64,000 nucleotides of DNA from Camelus ferus. Taxonomy: Eukaryota. The stretch covers positions 96,102,001-96,166,000 of the forward strand of contig NC_045696.1 in the NCBI RefSeq assembly GCF_009834535.1. Reading direction: 5' to 3'. The notes under the pieces were generated by a model. It was not told where the DNA came from and searched no databases. It was given only the letters and a program-made list of their open reading frames with translations. This document shows positions 39,926 to 52,666 of the stretch, piece after piece. A program made the position numbers and the translations under genes. Each line of letters opens with the position of its first letter. Position 1 is the first letter of the stretch.

Positions 39926-40928
39926 ATGAATGCCACAGTGATGAAGGGCTTCAACGGGTCTGAGCAGTGCCCCAGGGACATGCGGATAGGACAGCTGGTG
40001 CTCCCCGCCATCTACACCGTCGTTTTCTTCCTCGGCATCCTGCTGAACACTCTGGCCCTGTGGGTGTTCATTCAGATCCCCAGCTCCTCCACCTTCATTG
40101 TCTACCTCAAAAACACTTTGGTGGCCGACTTGATAATGACACTCACACTTCCGTTTAAAATCCTCTCTGACTCACGCCTCGGACCCTGGCAACTCAGAGC
40201 GTTTGTGTGCCGTTTCTCTGCTGTCATCTTTTATGAGACCATGTACGTGGGCATCATACTGCTGGGACTCATAGCCTTTGACAGGTTCCTCAAGATCATC
40301 AGACCTTTTGGAAAATTTTTTGTACAAAAACCTGCTTTTGCAAAAGTGGTCTCAACCCTCGTCTGGCTCTTTTTGTTCCTCAACTCCCTGCCAAATATGA
40401 TCTTAAGCAACAAGGAAGCAACACCATCCTCTGTGAAAAAGTGTGCCTCCTTAAAGGGGCCTCTGGGGCTGAAATGGCACGAAGTGGTGAATTATATATG
40501 CCAGTTCATTTTCTGGACTGTTTTTGTCCTAATGCTTCTGTTTTACACGGTGATTGCAAAAAAAGTAGTACAGTTCTTATAGAAAGTCCAAAAGTAAGGA
40601 CAGCAAAAACAACAGAAGGCTGGAAGGTAAAGTATTTGTTGTCGTGGCTGTCTTCTTTGTGTGTTTTGCTCCATTCCATTTTGCCAGAGTCCCATATACT
40701 CGCAGTCAAACCAACAGTAAGACTGACTGTAAATTGCAAAATCAACTGTTTCTAGCTAAAGAAACAACTCTCCTTTTGGCAGCAACTAATATCTGCATGG
40801 ATCCCTTAATATATATATTCCTATGTAAAAAATTCACGGACAGACTACCATGTATCAGATGGAGAAAGACCACAGCAACAACCCAAGAAAATCATACGAG
40901 TCAGTCAGATAATATAACCCTAGGCTGA
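39926..40928 (+). pseudogene. P2RY13: P2Y13 receptor coding region with a +1 frameshift at 40567/40568: 218-aa product as written, 333 aa if one base is removed. Disrupted allele or assembly error.
   Basis: ORF 39926..40582 ([18 protein letters not shown]...DRF...VIAKKV) and the shifted frame 40569..40928 ([30 protein letters not shown]...DPLIY...DNITLG) together form a complete P2Y13. Gene identity is near certain; pseudogene status is not. Confidence 0.75.
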
Positions 40929-41841
40929 CAACTTTATCACAGTTAACGACTATTTATTGACAAGACTTCAAAAGACAATTTACCCGGAAATCAAATTTAA
41001 GCAATCAAAGAAAAAAAGATCGGAACAAATGCTTTCTAACATTTTATTATCCTAGTGTACAGAAAGGACTGTGCCAATTTTAATTCCACATAGATCTATT
41101 CATAAGCAGAATGAAGTATCAGTAAGAGAATGCAACAGAAACCAAACGGCCACTAGGGGTCAGCTTTTTGAGAGCATTCATTAACATTTTGGAAAAGATT
41201 TATTAGGGGGAAATCTATATTCCTAAAGACCTCCACTCTAAAATACCTTTTCACATTCTTTTGCACACATAATTCAAAGAACACTACTGCTTTTCTATTC
41301 CACTTGCTGATTTAAAAAAAAAAACCATAAAACAAAACCCTACCTTGAAAGTCCTTTGGTGAAAACTGAAGCTAGAGGCTGAAAAGGACGCTGGATGTGA
41401 AGCATCCGGGGAGTGGGTCAGACAGGCCTCCGACACCCAGGAGAAGTTTCTCCCTGCAGTTACAAAGAGGCTCCTCCACGGTGTGCTTGTCCACAGGAGG
41501 CACAAGCACCATGATTAAGCCATATAAAATATCGTCCTGTAATACTTCACTTACATGCTAAGTGTGTACATTTCAAGGGCAAGAATACTGTTATTATTTT
41601 TGGAATTGTTCCTCTGCTCGGCAAATACTCAAATGGTGGTAGACTATTCCAGTTACTCAGTGAACCCTTCCTGGCCCAGAACCTCTATGCCCCTTCCTCA
41701 CATCTCTGGTTGAAAATAACCACTTCTCCCGCTGTGTGGGTATGTGTCAGGGCCCTCAATGCAGATTTCTCTTTGCTCGTTAGCTCTATCCTTGACTGTG
41801 TCCCCTAGAGACAGTTCGGATTCTTTAAGAAAGACATGTTT

Positions 41842-41984
41842 CAGCAGGGAGGGTTAGAGCTCAGAGGTAAAGTGCACACTTAGCATGCACTACATCCTGG
41901 GTTCTATCCCCAGCACCTCCCTTAAAAATAAATAAATAAAGGAACAAACAAACCTAACTGCCTTCCCCCCAAAAATAAGAAATA
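41842..41984 (+). mobile_element. tRNA-derived camelid-type SINE (vic-1-like) in the presumed P2RY13 3'UTR, 12-bp TSD
   Basis: gggagggttagagctcagaggtaaagtgcacacttagcatgcactacatcctgggttctatccccagcacctcc... TSD AAAGACATGTTT at 41830-41841 and 41985-41996. Confidence 0.85.
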
Positions 41985-42299
41985 AAAGACATGTTTTGAA
42001 GACAGAAAATATGTCCTGTTTTCTTGGTATCTCCCACAATAGACACAGAATTACAAATATTTTAAACAGAACAGGTCATCAATACGCCACTCTTGGTACA
42101 CACAAGACGCACAATCACTAACACCCATACTGGGGAATTTTTAAAGGATGACGACCTACTTGCATTTACTTACCTCCCTACTTTTTCTGAATCCCTTTGT
42201 GGTTCAAAAAAACTGAAGTATGGTTATCTGGAATTGTGGACAGCTGATTTGTATCTTCTAGATAAAATGTACAAAGGAGACGTCATGCTCTGCAGGTGT

Positions 42300-42780
42300 G
42301 CCACTAGCTCCAACACAACCTTCAGAATGTGAAGCCCAGGTCTCCTCCACGGCCTCAAGGGCCCTGGAACTTGCCTACCTTTCTGGCCTTTCCTCCTAAC
42401 TGTTCTTCCATCCCTAGAACTTTACACTCTTGTGCAAGTTTATAACTGTCAGAACACACCATGCTCCTTTTCCCCCTGTGTCACTGCACTTGTAAATTTC
42501 CCTCTGACTCACTAACTCGTATCCATGGAAACTGAGGTTGCTGTCACTTAGTCCGTGAGATCTCATCCAGGTAACCTCCCACCACCACCACAAACCCAGT
42601 CACTCCTTCCCTGATCTGTATGTTGTCACGCCTCAGTTATTACTGTCACACCTCAATTACTGTACTTATCACATTGCTTTGTGATTATTGGCTCACACAT
42701 GTCTCCACTCTTAATAACCTATGTGTACTTTTGAGGGCAGAGATTGTCTCTTATTGTGCCATCAATAAATACGTGGTAAA
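42300..42780 (+). mobile_element. LINE-2 3' remnant
   Basis: aacacaccatgctcc...tgcacttg...ttgagggcagagattgtctctta...tcaataaata, typical of L2 3' ends. Other L2-like tracts near 11620-12610, 24790-24940 and 63720-64000. Confidence 0.5.
42764..42769 (+). terminator. Candidate P2RY13 polyadenylation signal AATAAA
   Basis: AATAAA about 1.8 kb after the stop, at the end of an L2-like tract, followed by GT/T-rich ctggttttatttttg. Usage is inferred. Confidence 0.4.
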
Positions 42781-44307
42781 ATATACCTAACTGGTTTTAT
42801 TTTTGCATAGCAGAGAGGCAAAGGGGAAGCCAATTCTCACTGACGTTTTTCTCATTAAAAGGCAAAATGGATTTCTTGAAAGCTCAAGATCTTATCAGTT
42901 AGTTTCCTATAACAGGGACCTGAGAAGTGGGGGTAGTTCATGGATTCACTGCCCAATGACTGGGAAGGAAGCAGGATTACCAAGCAGCACATGTACAGCT
43001 TGGGGGCTAATGTCTATCATCATTTCAGTTTTAAAGTTATTGATGAAATGCTTCAGCTATGTGCTGTTGGTTTTGGTTATATAAAATTTGTAACTATAGC
43101 ATATTACAATCACCAAAACTCTTTTAGAAAGTACTCTGATGTCTGAGTTTCATTTGCTGAAAGAATTAAGTCATGATAACTACTAGAGATGTTACTAAAA
43201 TCCACATTACTTTTACCGAGTACGCTGTACAGCCACAAGCAGACTCTAATAATGTATATCATAAGTAACTGCATCTAAGTCACCCTTGGAGCTATGCTTG
43301 GTGATATAACCTATGTATTTCACCTCTAATAATATTTTCAGTATACGCTGAATGGATATAGAGAACAAATATGATTTTTAGAAAGATCTTTCAGGATAAA
43401 ATTTCAATAGCAAACCTGTCCTCCATAAATACAAAGATTCTGTTCCATTACACATGTTTAGTCAAAAGCAGAGTACCTGATGTGTAGAATAAAATAATCT
43501 ACCGAGTACTAGAGAAGAAGCATAGTCCAGCCATCCTCAGATCACATTTACAAAATGAAAAGCAGCTATTTGAGAACTTCCCAAACCAGCAATCACAAAT
43601 ACTAAATTCAGGAATACTTACAGAATGGGATGCTATACCATAGCCATTAATGATACAAAGAAGAGAGGAAAAAGGAAAAAAAAAATAGTAGCTTTGGTAA
43701 AGTTTGTAAACTCAGAGCACAAGGGCTTTTATCAAAAGCTAAAGTGTAATTATTTTTACTGGATAAGGTCTTCTGAATATCCCTGGGGCAGGGGAAGTGG
43801 GAAAGGTATTGGCATTGCCCCAGACAGAAGTATTCTTCAGAAACCAAGAAAAATTACTGTAAAGGGGGAAGAAAGAGGCAGAGAGGAAGTGTGAATTCCC
43901 AACTTACAGAAGTTAGATGGCTGATAATGCGTAATCACATCAGAATATAAAAGGAGTATTCAATAAATTACTTAATCTATCCCATACCCATTTAAAAGTA
44001 GCTCCTTTCAGAACTTTTCTTAAGTCTTGTTTCTAAAAATGTATGATCACCCAGGGTAAACTGTATTCCTCCAGCAAGTCAGTAGACCAAAGTTCACAGG
44101 GCTCCTAACAAAACAAAACCACCAGAGGGGGTCGGCCCACCCCCAGCTGTGTCTAACAGCCATGGGAAGGCATGTTGTCAAGACCGAGGCCCTGCAGAGC
44201 AAAGTGCGGAATTTGCAAATCAAGTGCTCAGAAACACAGTTCAACATTTTAAATTTTATATGGAAACCAAATGTAGGAAATACAAACACAGGACACACGT
44301 GTTAAAT

Positions 44308-44460
44308 CAGTAACTCCCAAACTTTAGTGAGTACCAGAGCCAGCTGGAAGGATTCTTAAGACAAAGATGGCGAGGCCCACCCCCAGAGTTCCTGGCTCAG
44401 CAGGTCTGAGGTGTGGAGATGCCAATGCTATGGATTTGGGCTACACGTTAAGAACCACTG
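44308..44460. mobile_element. MER5A-like DNA transposon remnant
   Basis: cagtaactcccaaactttagtg...ggcccacccccagagttcctggctcagcaggtctg...taagaaccactg. Confidence 0.6.
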
Positions 44461-44769
44461 TGCTGAAAGTTCCTTGAGGTTCCTACCTGCAGAAAGACTA
44501 ATTCACAACGCTCCTGGACATGAATGCCCAAGAGTAGGGTCTGTCACCAGGAGACAAACTAAACTGATACTAAGAGGGCAGGCCGGATGTAAGGTGACAG
44601 CAGCGGCGAGGACTACAGCTACGTGGAAAGTTCAGGTCCAACCTAAGGGGGCACCAATGACTCAGTGCCAACTGGTGGCACAGGAGGGAGTTTGGGCCCA
44701 GGGTTGCCGGCTAGTTGTCACAACAGTGGTAAAACCAGCATTAGCAGCAACAAAGGCAGAGCACACTGC

Positions 44770-44995
44770 TTACTACTTACTATGTACCCGGCAAGTATGC
44801 CCAGAGCTTTAAGCATACCATTCCATTTAACAATCCCAGAGGGCTGATCAAGGCTGCTGTGATTTCCATTTTAGAGAGAAAGAAATTGAGAAACAGAGAA
44901 GGTCAGCAACTTGCATAGAGTCACACAGCTTATAAACAGTGAGGCCAGGACTCTAATTCAGACTCTGGCTTCTGAGCTCATATGCTCAGCCACTG
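44770..44995 (-). mobile_element. MIR SINE remnant
   Basis: ccattttagagagaaagaaattgagaaacagagaaggtcagcaacttgcatagagtcacacagct. Similar remnants near 28440-28640, 37045-37200, 37430-37620, 38700-38820, 55785-55990 and 60260-60400. Confidence 0.6.
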
Positions 44996-47398
44996 TATTT
45001 GCAACTGTGGATCTTCTAATGTTCTCAAGGGAAATCTAAATCCAGTCTCCTCTGCCATACTTCCTGTTATTTTCAAAACTTCCGCAGCCACCCCCACACT
45101 CCCTAGCCCCACAAAAACAATACATTCATGTGTGGGCCAGGGTAGCCCACACACTGCCAGCTAATTATCCTTGACCTAGAAGCTAGCAAGCACCTCCCAG
45201 GACCGTCCACTCATTTACTGAATGCTCACTATGTGCCATGCACCGTGCTACGTACACACCTTGCAAAGATTATCACCTTTCTATTTCTCACAGCAACCCT
45301 GGGAGATAAGACACTACAGGGCTCCCTGTTGAAAACAGTAATCAAAAAATAAGAAAAAAATAAAAGAAACTGAGCCACAACTGTGAACAGATACCTTGCC
45401 TCTGGTGCACACAACGCCCCCAGAAAGCAGAGGCAGAGTGGGGACAGACACCCTGGCAGGCGCCCTCAAGACCACCAGCATCTCTGCTCTGCCGCCCCTC
45501 TGATGGGCGAGACAAGTGGAATCCCTCAAGGGGTGACATCACGCCCCCGCTGGGAGAATGGTAAGGCGGGGGCTCCCGAAGAGGGCGGGAGAGGTCTCAG
45601 CACAAGGGTTTCCACAACCTCAGAGGCGTGAACGTCTCAACCATGGACCCTGAGAGCCCTTTGGGGTCCCTCCGGCTTGTAGACAACTAACATCCCAAAG
45701 AGTGGTTGCCTGGTCAATTCAGTCAGTCACTCCTTCAGCGTGTGCCTGTGCAGTCCCCTCCCCCACCCCCGCCCAAAGCTGCATGCAGGCCATCACAGAT
45801 CCAAACATGGGACATGGAATGAGAGATGTCATTAACTCAATGAAGGGGCTCAGAGGGAAAGGCAGCTGATGCCAAGTGGAGAAACTGAGGAAGGGCTACA
45901 GGAGATGGGAGTGTGAGCCAGACCCTGAAGGAGAAAACAGAGCCTCGAAAGGGAATCATGCAGCACTGTGAGCAGCTTCGAGGAAGGCTGGGGTCGGGGT
46001 GGGCACTGAGGCCCAGAGCGGGAAGGGCCGCAGAGGGAGGGCCCGGTGATGCAGCCTGTGACTTGGAGGATCAGTCGGGGAAGGGAGTGCAGGCTCCCAG
46101 AGCTCTGCAGGGTTGGTGGGGTGTTAGGTCTCTCTGTGAGCTCCTGAAGGCTTCTGAGATCTCTAGGCTGTGCTTTAAGAAAATCAGTTGGCCCACAATA
46201 GGATGATTCTGGATTAACAGAGCCACTGAGGCCAGGAGATGAATTAAAGAAGTCTTCCATCTCTGCAGGCAAGAGCCAAGAGGGGAAAATCTGAGAAGGA
46301 CCTTAGAGACATTCTCAGAGAGAGAGACAGAGGTTTTGAGTCCAAGACTATTGGAGAGTAGGGGATTACATGCAAAATGTATGCAATTAATATGTAAAAC
46401 ATGTATCAGGTGCAAAATCCCCTCCCCACCCCCTCCGATTGAGATTCACTGCTTTGAAGAACATCAGCTTGGGTGACATGCTGGATCACGATGGGCATGT
46501 AAAATCTGATGTACCAGTAAGAAAGCAGGTTCTAGGAGTCTAGCTAGTAGGGGTAAAATATGGATCCAGGGCTCTCAAGACAGGGCTAGATCAGAAGCCG
46601 AGGGACTCATCTTTCTTAAGACCAGGAGAGAATAAGGAATGAGCCAAGCACCTCAGCGGCTATGCTGCACAAGCCTCACGGACAGACAAGACACAGAAAA
46701 GATGCCTGGGATTGGGGGGAGGGATTGGTGAACTAAAAGGGGCAACAAGAGGTTCCTTAGAAACGAAGGAACAAGAGAGATTCCAAGGAGGAAGTGACAG
46801 GTCAACAGAATCATACACTTCGGGAAGGTCAAATGTGATGCATCTACGACTATGAGGTCAGTGGTAACTTTAAGGTGGAGGTGGGGTAGAGCCCCAGTTC
46901 GTAATGGGAAGTGAGGGACGACAGCTACCCCCTACCTCGCCATGAGGGACAAATTAGTTTACGAGAGTTTCGAGGAAGAAATAAGAACAGCTCTTATATG
47001 ATTGGCTTTTTCCAAGGGTTCCTTCCTACGCTTCCTGTGCAGAGCAGAGGGAAGATACTCCACGTGGAACAGTCAACTCAGCAGGGGTGTGTGCATCAAA
47101 CAGGGGTCAACCATACCACCAAGAAAACCAGCTTCAGTGGGAAAATGGGCGTGCCAACATTTCAGACATCCACGTTACCCAGGTTCCTGAGGCCCAGCCC
47201 CCCACCGCTTCTCCTATAAAGTACTTACAGGGGCGAGAAAGGTGGGAGGAGGGGAGATAGGGACACTGAGCGGCAGAGATGCGAGCTGAGGACCTCGGGA
47301 GGAGTGATCAAAGAGAAAGAAAAAAGTAACAATACAAAAGAGAAAGGAAACAGAATTGAAGACCTTTAGAATGTAGGTAAACCAATTTTTAAAAAACT

Positions 47399-47422
47399 AA
47401 AAAAAAAAAAAAAAAAAAAAAA
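47399..47422 (+). repeat. A24 homopolymer
   Basis: Read directly. Confidence 0.9.
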
Positions 47423-50400
47423 CACCTCAACACCTTACTCAGCATGTGAATTTTTGCCACTTTTGCATTAACACTCAAGTTGACAAATACAACGTCTAAG
47501 GCATAGTTACAGAAGGTCCACCTTCGTCAGCTTGAATATTAGATTGCCTGTGTGTGAGCTTACTCAGTGGTATTCACCTTAAGCAATTTCATTTAATGCA
47601 TAGCTGCATACTTTTACAATTTCAAAATATTAGCTTTATGCATTAAATGTATACCAAATGTACCTATATTACTCTATGCTTTTCATCCTTTTTATTCTAT
47701 TTAACTCCATAACTGAAATTTCCTGCAACTAAGAACACCTGAACTTGTGAACAAAGCATTAACTTCAATGCAGTGACCCTGCAGAGGCCACCCCTCTTCT
47801 TGTCCCACATGCCCCAGACTCGGGTTTTCACACTGTCCCACAATTTCAGATAGTCTGGAATAAGACAGTCCTAATGTTCTCCTTTTCAGAAGAGAAAACT
47901 GTCAAGGAAGAACATAAAGTATTTCCAGCAATCACCACTTTATCACTAAAGGAAAACCAGGAGCTTTCTAAGGGCAACCAGAATACTATGACCTTACCTT
48001 GACTTCCTAGTTGAGGAGTGTTTTCAATTTTTAATCATTCCAACTTCACATTCAGAAGAACACCCCCATTCATATTCATTCACTTACCAATCTCTCTGTC
48101 CTTTGACTCCCCTCTGCTACCGTTCACTAAGTACCAACCAAGTTCCAAACACTGCAGGAATGATCCTGTACATTACCTCATTTAAACTTGACAGTCTTAC
48201 AAGGAAATCATTCTTCAGAAGAAGAAATGGAAGCCCAGATACCATAATGACTTGACCAAACTAAGAAAGCTCCTAAGTGGAAAGGCGGAAATCCACGTGG
48301 GAATCTGTATGACCCCAGTTACTGGGCTCGACACCGCCTCTCACAAGATTTCCACAGTGAGGAGATGGCTCAAGGAGCTGAGCACAGAAGAGAGTATTAA
48401 TATGACGGCAGGAGTCTATGCAGGCGTGTCTCCAGACTCAGTCTCCAAGCCACCCTTCCCCTTTAATCAACTGTTGCATGTGAGGCTCTCATACCAGAAA
48501 AGGGTTAACTGCTTTATTTTAAAGCAGACCTAATAGATACAAATCATTTCAAATGGCAAATTAAACACAGTAATTCAAGCAGAGCGACCTAAAGATACCA
48601 ATCTCAGCAAGGAAACATGAAAGGGTTTGTAATAATTACACACAACACAAATTCTCAGCTACTGGATGGTGAGCCACAATTAGAGTGGCTTTTGTGTATG
48701 GAGACGGAGCAGGAGGATCTGGTGAAGATTTTACTGCAGCCCTTGTTGTATGCTCTGGCCACATGCGAAAGACGTGGACGTTCCAGACAGAGCAACTTGA
48801 GCTATGTTTCCACCAGATCCCTGCTCGTCTTTGTTTTGTAATAGTGAGTCCGTGTACTGGGAGGGACTAGGAGGCCCTTTAGATGTGCATTCTCCTTTAA
48901 GAAGAAATGGATACATCTGAGATTATAGTGAGATTACAGAGAAAACTGAGACTACAACACAAATTCTCTGTCCACCAACACTGGAGGAGGAGACGCTGAG
49001 TCCAGATCCATGCCAGTGCAGAGAAGCCAACAGAGGGAGGAAAGGAGAAGCAGTCAGACACAAGGGAGAAGTGACTAGAAGACCAGGGCTCTGGTAATAC
49101 ATCTGCCTACGTCTCACACTAAAAAGGTGGACAGTAGGAATAGGGTAAAGAGTTTATTCCAGGATTTAGGCAGCTTTATCAATACCATTACCTATTTTCA
49201 TTCCTTCAGAGGAGTTAGAAACATTCTCCCCTTGAGTGCTTCTGTCTCTTTAAGAATAAGCTTGAAAGATTATAGAGCGTCCCATCTAAAATTCTGTAAT
49301 TAAAACAGAATCCTTGTTTTACAGAACACTGAAGTGAGGAAAAGTTGAATGAGATGTCCAATGTCCCAATGAAAAGTGAGTTTGGATCTACCAAAGTTAT
49401 GATCCATGAACCAGGTCTCTATCCAAGAGTAGAGAAATTCCTAATTGATTTCAAATTTCCAAACCTCAGTGTAGACTTCAGGCTAATGTGTCCAAACTAC
49501 CTCAGAAACATTGAAAAGCATTTCCTTATAGGTGTCCTACAGGATGGACCAAGCAAATACAGAGCAAACCAATTTTCAAAAGCCAAGGAGATTAAAAGAT
49601 AAAAAAAAAGGGGGGGGGGGGTAGAAAGACCATTCTAAACAATAGAAGAGTAAACCAGATGTCATGTGTGACCACTGATTAGTTCTGCATCCAAAAAACT
49701 CTAAAGAATACTACTGGGAAATAGCAAATACAGACTGAATATTTTAGAATATTACTGTTTCAACAGTGATCTCCTGATTGATAACAGTATTGTGATTAGG
49801 TAGAAGAATGTCCTTGTTCTTAGGAAATGCATGCTGAAGGAGTTGGGGGGTGGGCGTGGGGGATCTGCCACAATGGCTGCAACCTCAAACAGGTCTCCCC
49901 AACAAAGGGGGTATTGGGGGGGCAGGGAGGGATTGGGGGAGGACATGAAAAATGTTAATTTGAAAATCAAGATGAAATCTAATTGAAGTATAATTTCAGC
50001 TTGTTTGTAGGTTTAACATCTTTAAAAACCTATCACTGTAGAAGAAAAAAATCACTCATAATAAAAACACAAACACATATCCCAGGACGTCATCCTGTAT
50101 TCAAAATAAATTCAGAGTTTGTAATAGCTAAACAATATTATTAAAGGAGCCTCCCTGAATTTAATAGGATCTTCCAATGAAGCAGCAAGATAATTATTGT
50201 AATAAAGTCTTCTGTGGCTTTTATGAAATGTGAGACTTGCTATAAAAATCAGCAGAAAAAAAGAATTATACAGGTTAACCTTTCGGTGATTTGAACACAA
50301 GTTAAAGTCATGGACTGGTTCTTAGCTGCTCTTTTCATTAAAGCCTTACACTTTTTTTCTAACTAAACCTGTACTACTTCCCTTTTTGAATGTTAAGTAA

Positions 50401-51084
50401 GACCAGCTTTAACAAGTCCCAACTTGAGATGGGCATAATGTGCTTTAAGACGAATGCATAAAGGCTGCCTCACGTTAACTTTTTCATTACTAGACTTACT
50501 TTGCACCACTGGTGAAAGAAGCTTTTAAATACACAATCCGACTGTTATGTGACTAAAGACAGGAAGGGGCTAGTCTGTGCCCAGCCCACCCTCAGGAGGA
50601 GAAAAAGACCAGCTTTTTCTGACACCCTGACACCAGCTCCCTCCCCACTCCATGCAGAAATCGTTCTATAAAACCAACATATACAAAGCCAACGCGTGCA
50701 ATCCTGAATTATCAAAACATTTCCCTTCAAATTGAAAATCGAAGAGTATATAAGAAGCATTATCAGCAGTTACATAACAAAGGAAAGGGATTTTCTTTAT
50801 CATAAAAAACAGTATTAAGGTACTCAACCCTAATGGGACAAAGTCAATCCAGGTAATAAATGTATTAAAAGTTAAGGCAGGTAACAGAACTGCCCGGATT
50901 CCCTCAACAGAAGCTTGTGAAATATTTGTCCACATAAGCTTCCTCACATGATCTCATACCCAGCTCTGGAAACGGGGATGATGATCCTCAGATCTTGCAG
51001 AGAAGGTCTTTGCCCAACCTGCCTTTAAGGAGGCTACATGGCATGTGCTCTTCTGAATTGATGCTTTGAAGACTTGGTGGCTGG

Positions 51085-51143
51085 ATGAGGTCCTGGGTTC
51101 AATCCCCAGGACCATTAAGTAAATAAATTAAAACAAAACAAAA
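51085..51143 (+). mobile_element. 5'-truncated camelid-type SINE
   Basis: atgaggtcctgggttcaatccccaggacc plus A-rich tail. Degenerate TSD aagacttggtggctgg / aaaacttggcagctgg. Confidence 0.7.
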
Positions 51144-52309
51144 AAACTTGGCAGCTGGTTACTCTGGCAGTTAGATCTCCCATTTTGAGCAGTACAATAT
51201 TTATTATTTATGGATCACAGTGGCAAGTGGCAAGCAGTTCAACCTAAGAAAAACAAGTCTCTTAAACTAAACTTTCTAAATCTGACGAGTTCTTATAAGA
51301 CTGAGCCATTATTAAGCTGGCTAATTTCTGTTCAGCGACTTCCCCTAGGGCTAGCTACTCATCTACAACATACTTAATCCACCCTAAATAGAATGGAATG
51401 GAAAACCATTAAATTTTAGTTATCTGTTCTTGTTTGTTTAGGAAAAGGCAATAGAAAAAATAAACTTTTGATAATTATTGATATTTAAATTAAATAAATT
51501 TGTTTTCCTGCAGAAACACGGAAGAATAAAAAACCAACTAGTACATGCACATTATTTCTATAAGGCATCAGTAAACACTAAGTAAATACCTATTATTAGT
51601 TTACTAACTTCAAAAATGTTCCACCTTTATTATTTTCACTTATCTTTATCTTCATTCAGGATAGTAAGAACTTTTGATTCCATTTGGTTAGTTTTTTTGT
51701 TTTTTTCCTTAACTTATTTGTTTGAATGTTGCAGTTAGGAAAATCTCGGAATCTTTTGGAAAATTTTTGGAAGCTCTAAAATTAATCACGAATAGGAAAA
51801 AGTGATTTGATTATATATTTATCCTTGTGAGAAGATTTTTTTAAAAAAGAAGAAACGTTGTCTTGTGGAATTCAAGAGTTTGGGGGATAAACTCGGCCCC
51901 TAAATAACTTTATTTAAAATATTTTGAGTATTTATATTTGTGTATATGTGAAAATAGGTCTAGAAATTTCATCAGGTTCCTGAATAAGACAACAGGCTAC
52001 CCAGGTTATCAATCACCAATATAAACATATTTTTAATTTCAGTCTTTAATATGTAGAAAAATACCATTAGAGATTTGTATTTTATCAAAGATATTCTGGT
52101 CCCTTTTAATCCAAAATTTAATTAGCAGGAAGGATTGTAAATATGTATTTTCTAACTGGCAACAGGGAGCACTGTGCCGCCCCACCCCACCCCCTCATAA
52201 ATAGAGACCTAAACGCTGGGTCTGATTTAGCAGGGCCCAACCTGAGACCCCATCCCCTCCTCCTCAAACACTCTCTGGCATTCTGGGTTCCAGCCCTCTG
52301 TGTTCCCTT

Positions 52310-52395
52310 CAGGTGAATCACCGTCTGATTCCTGCAGGTTCAGGAAGTGCTCTTCCCCAGTCTACAAATCTCACCTCCTCTTAGATGTGACTCAT
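52310..52395 (+). promoter_or_regulatory. Putative GPR87 promoter motifs (AP-1 and ETS)
   Basis: GGTGAATCACC (52312-52322), CAGGAAGT (52341-52348) and TGACTCA (52388-52394) directly upstream of the exon. Confidence 0.4.
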
Positions 52396-52666
52396 TTCTA
52401 TTAGCGAGAGAGCAAGTTGCTCCAGTTGTTCCGAGCAGGAGAGCTTGAAAGGGTGCCCCAAAGGACAATCCCAAGGCGGGCAGGGGAGCACCCACCTTCT
52501 CTGGTAGGGACGGGGAAAAATGCTTATTTTTTTATGCTTTAGCAAAAAAACGACATCCCTGCCGACCTCATGCTTCAAGGCTTATTCTTAATCAGAGCTG
52601 AGGAGCCTGTTTCGACTTGAAGACATCCGTATCAGGTGAATGGACAGCCAGCTACCGCAATGAAAG
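52390..52666 (+). other. GPR87: Probable non-coding first exon of GPR87 (5' end approximate; coding exons lie beyond the window)
   Basis: gagcaagttgctccag...gaaagggtgccccaaaggacaatc...cttgaagaca...ggtgaatggacagccagc...caatgaaag|GTAAAT resembles the human GPR87 5'UTR as recalled. Position and strand fit the conserved order P2RY12-P2RY13-GPR87. Confidence 0.7.

Noticed and set aside
40558..40582. Programmed ribosomal frameshift at the A7 run rescuing P2RY13
   Set aside because: A +1 slip within the A run puts TAG in frame immediately (AAG TAG), and orthologs are known as ordinary continuous ORFs.
44411..46415. Several 100-140 aa ORFs (44411..44812, 45850..46272, 46071..46415)
   Set aside because: They overlap MER5-, MIR- or L2-like remnants, mostly start at non-ATG codons, and show no protein-family signal.
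47100..47425. TATA-like TATAAAG (47215), purine-rich stretch and A24 suggesting a retrocopy or small gene
   Set aside because: No recognisable ORF or parent gene, no TSD found, and no AATAAA before the A run.
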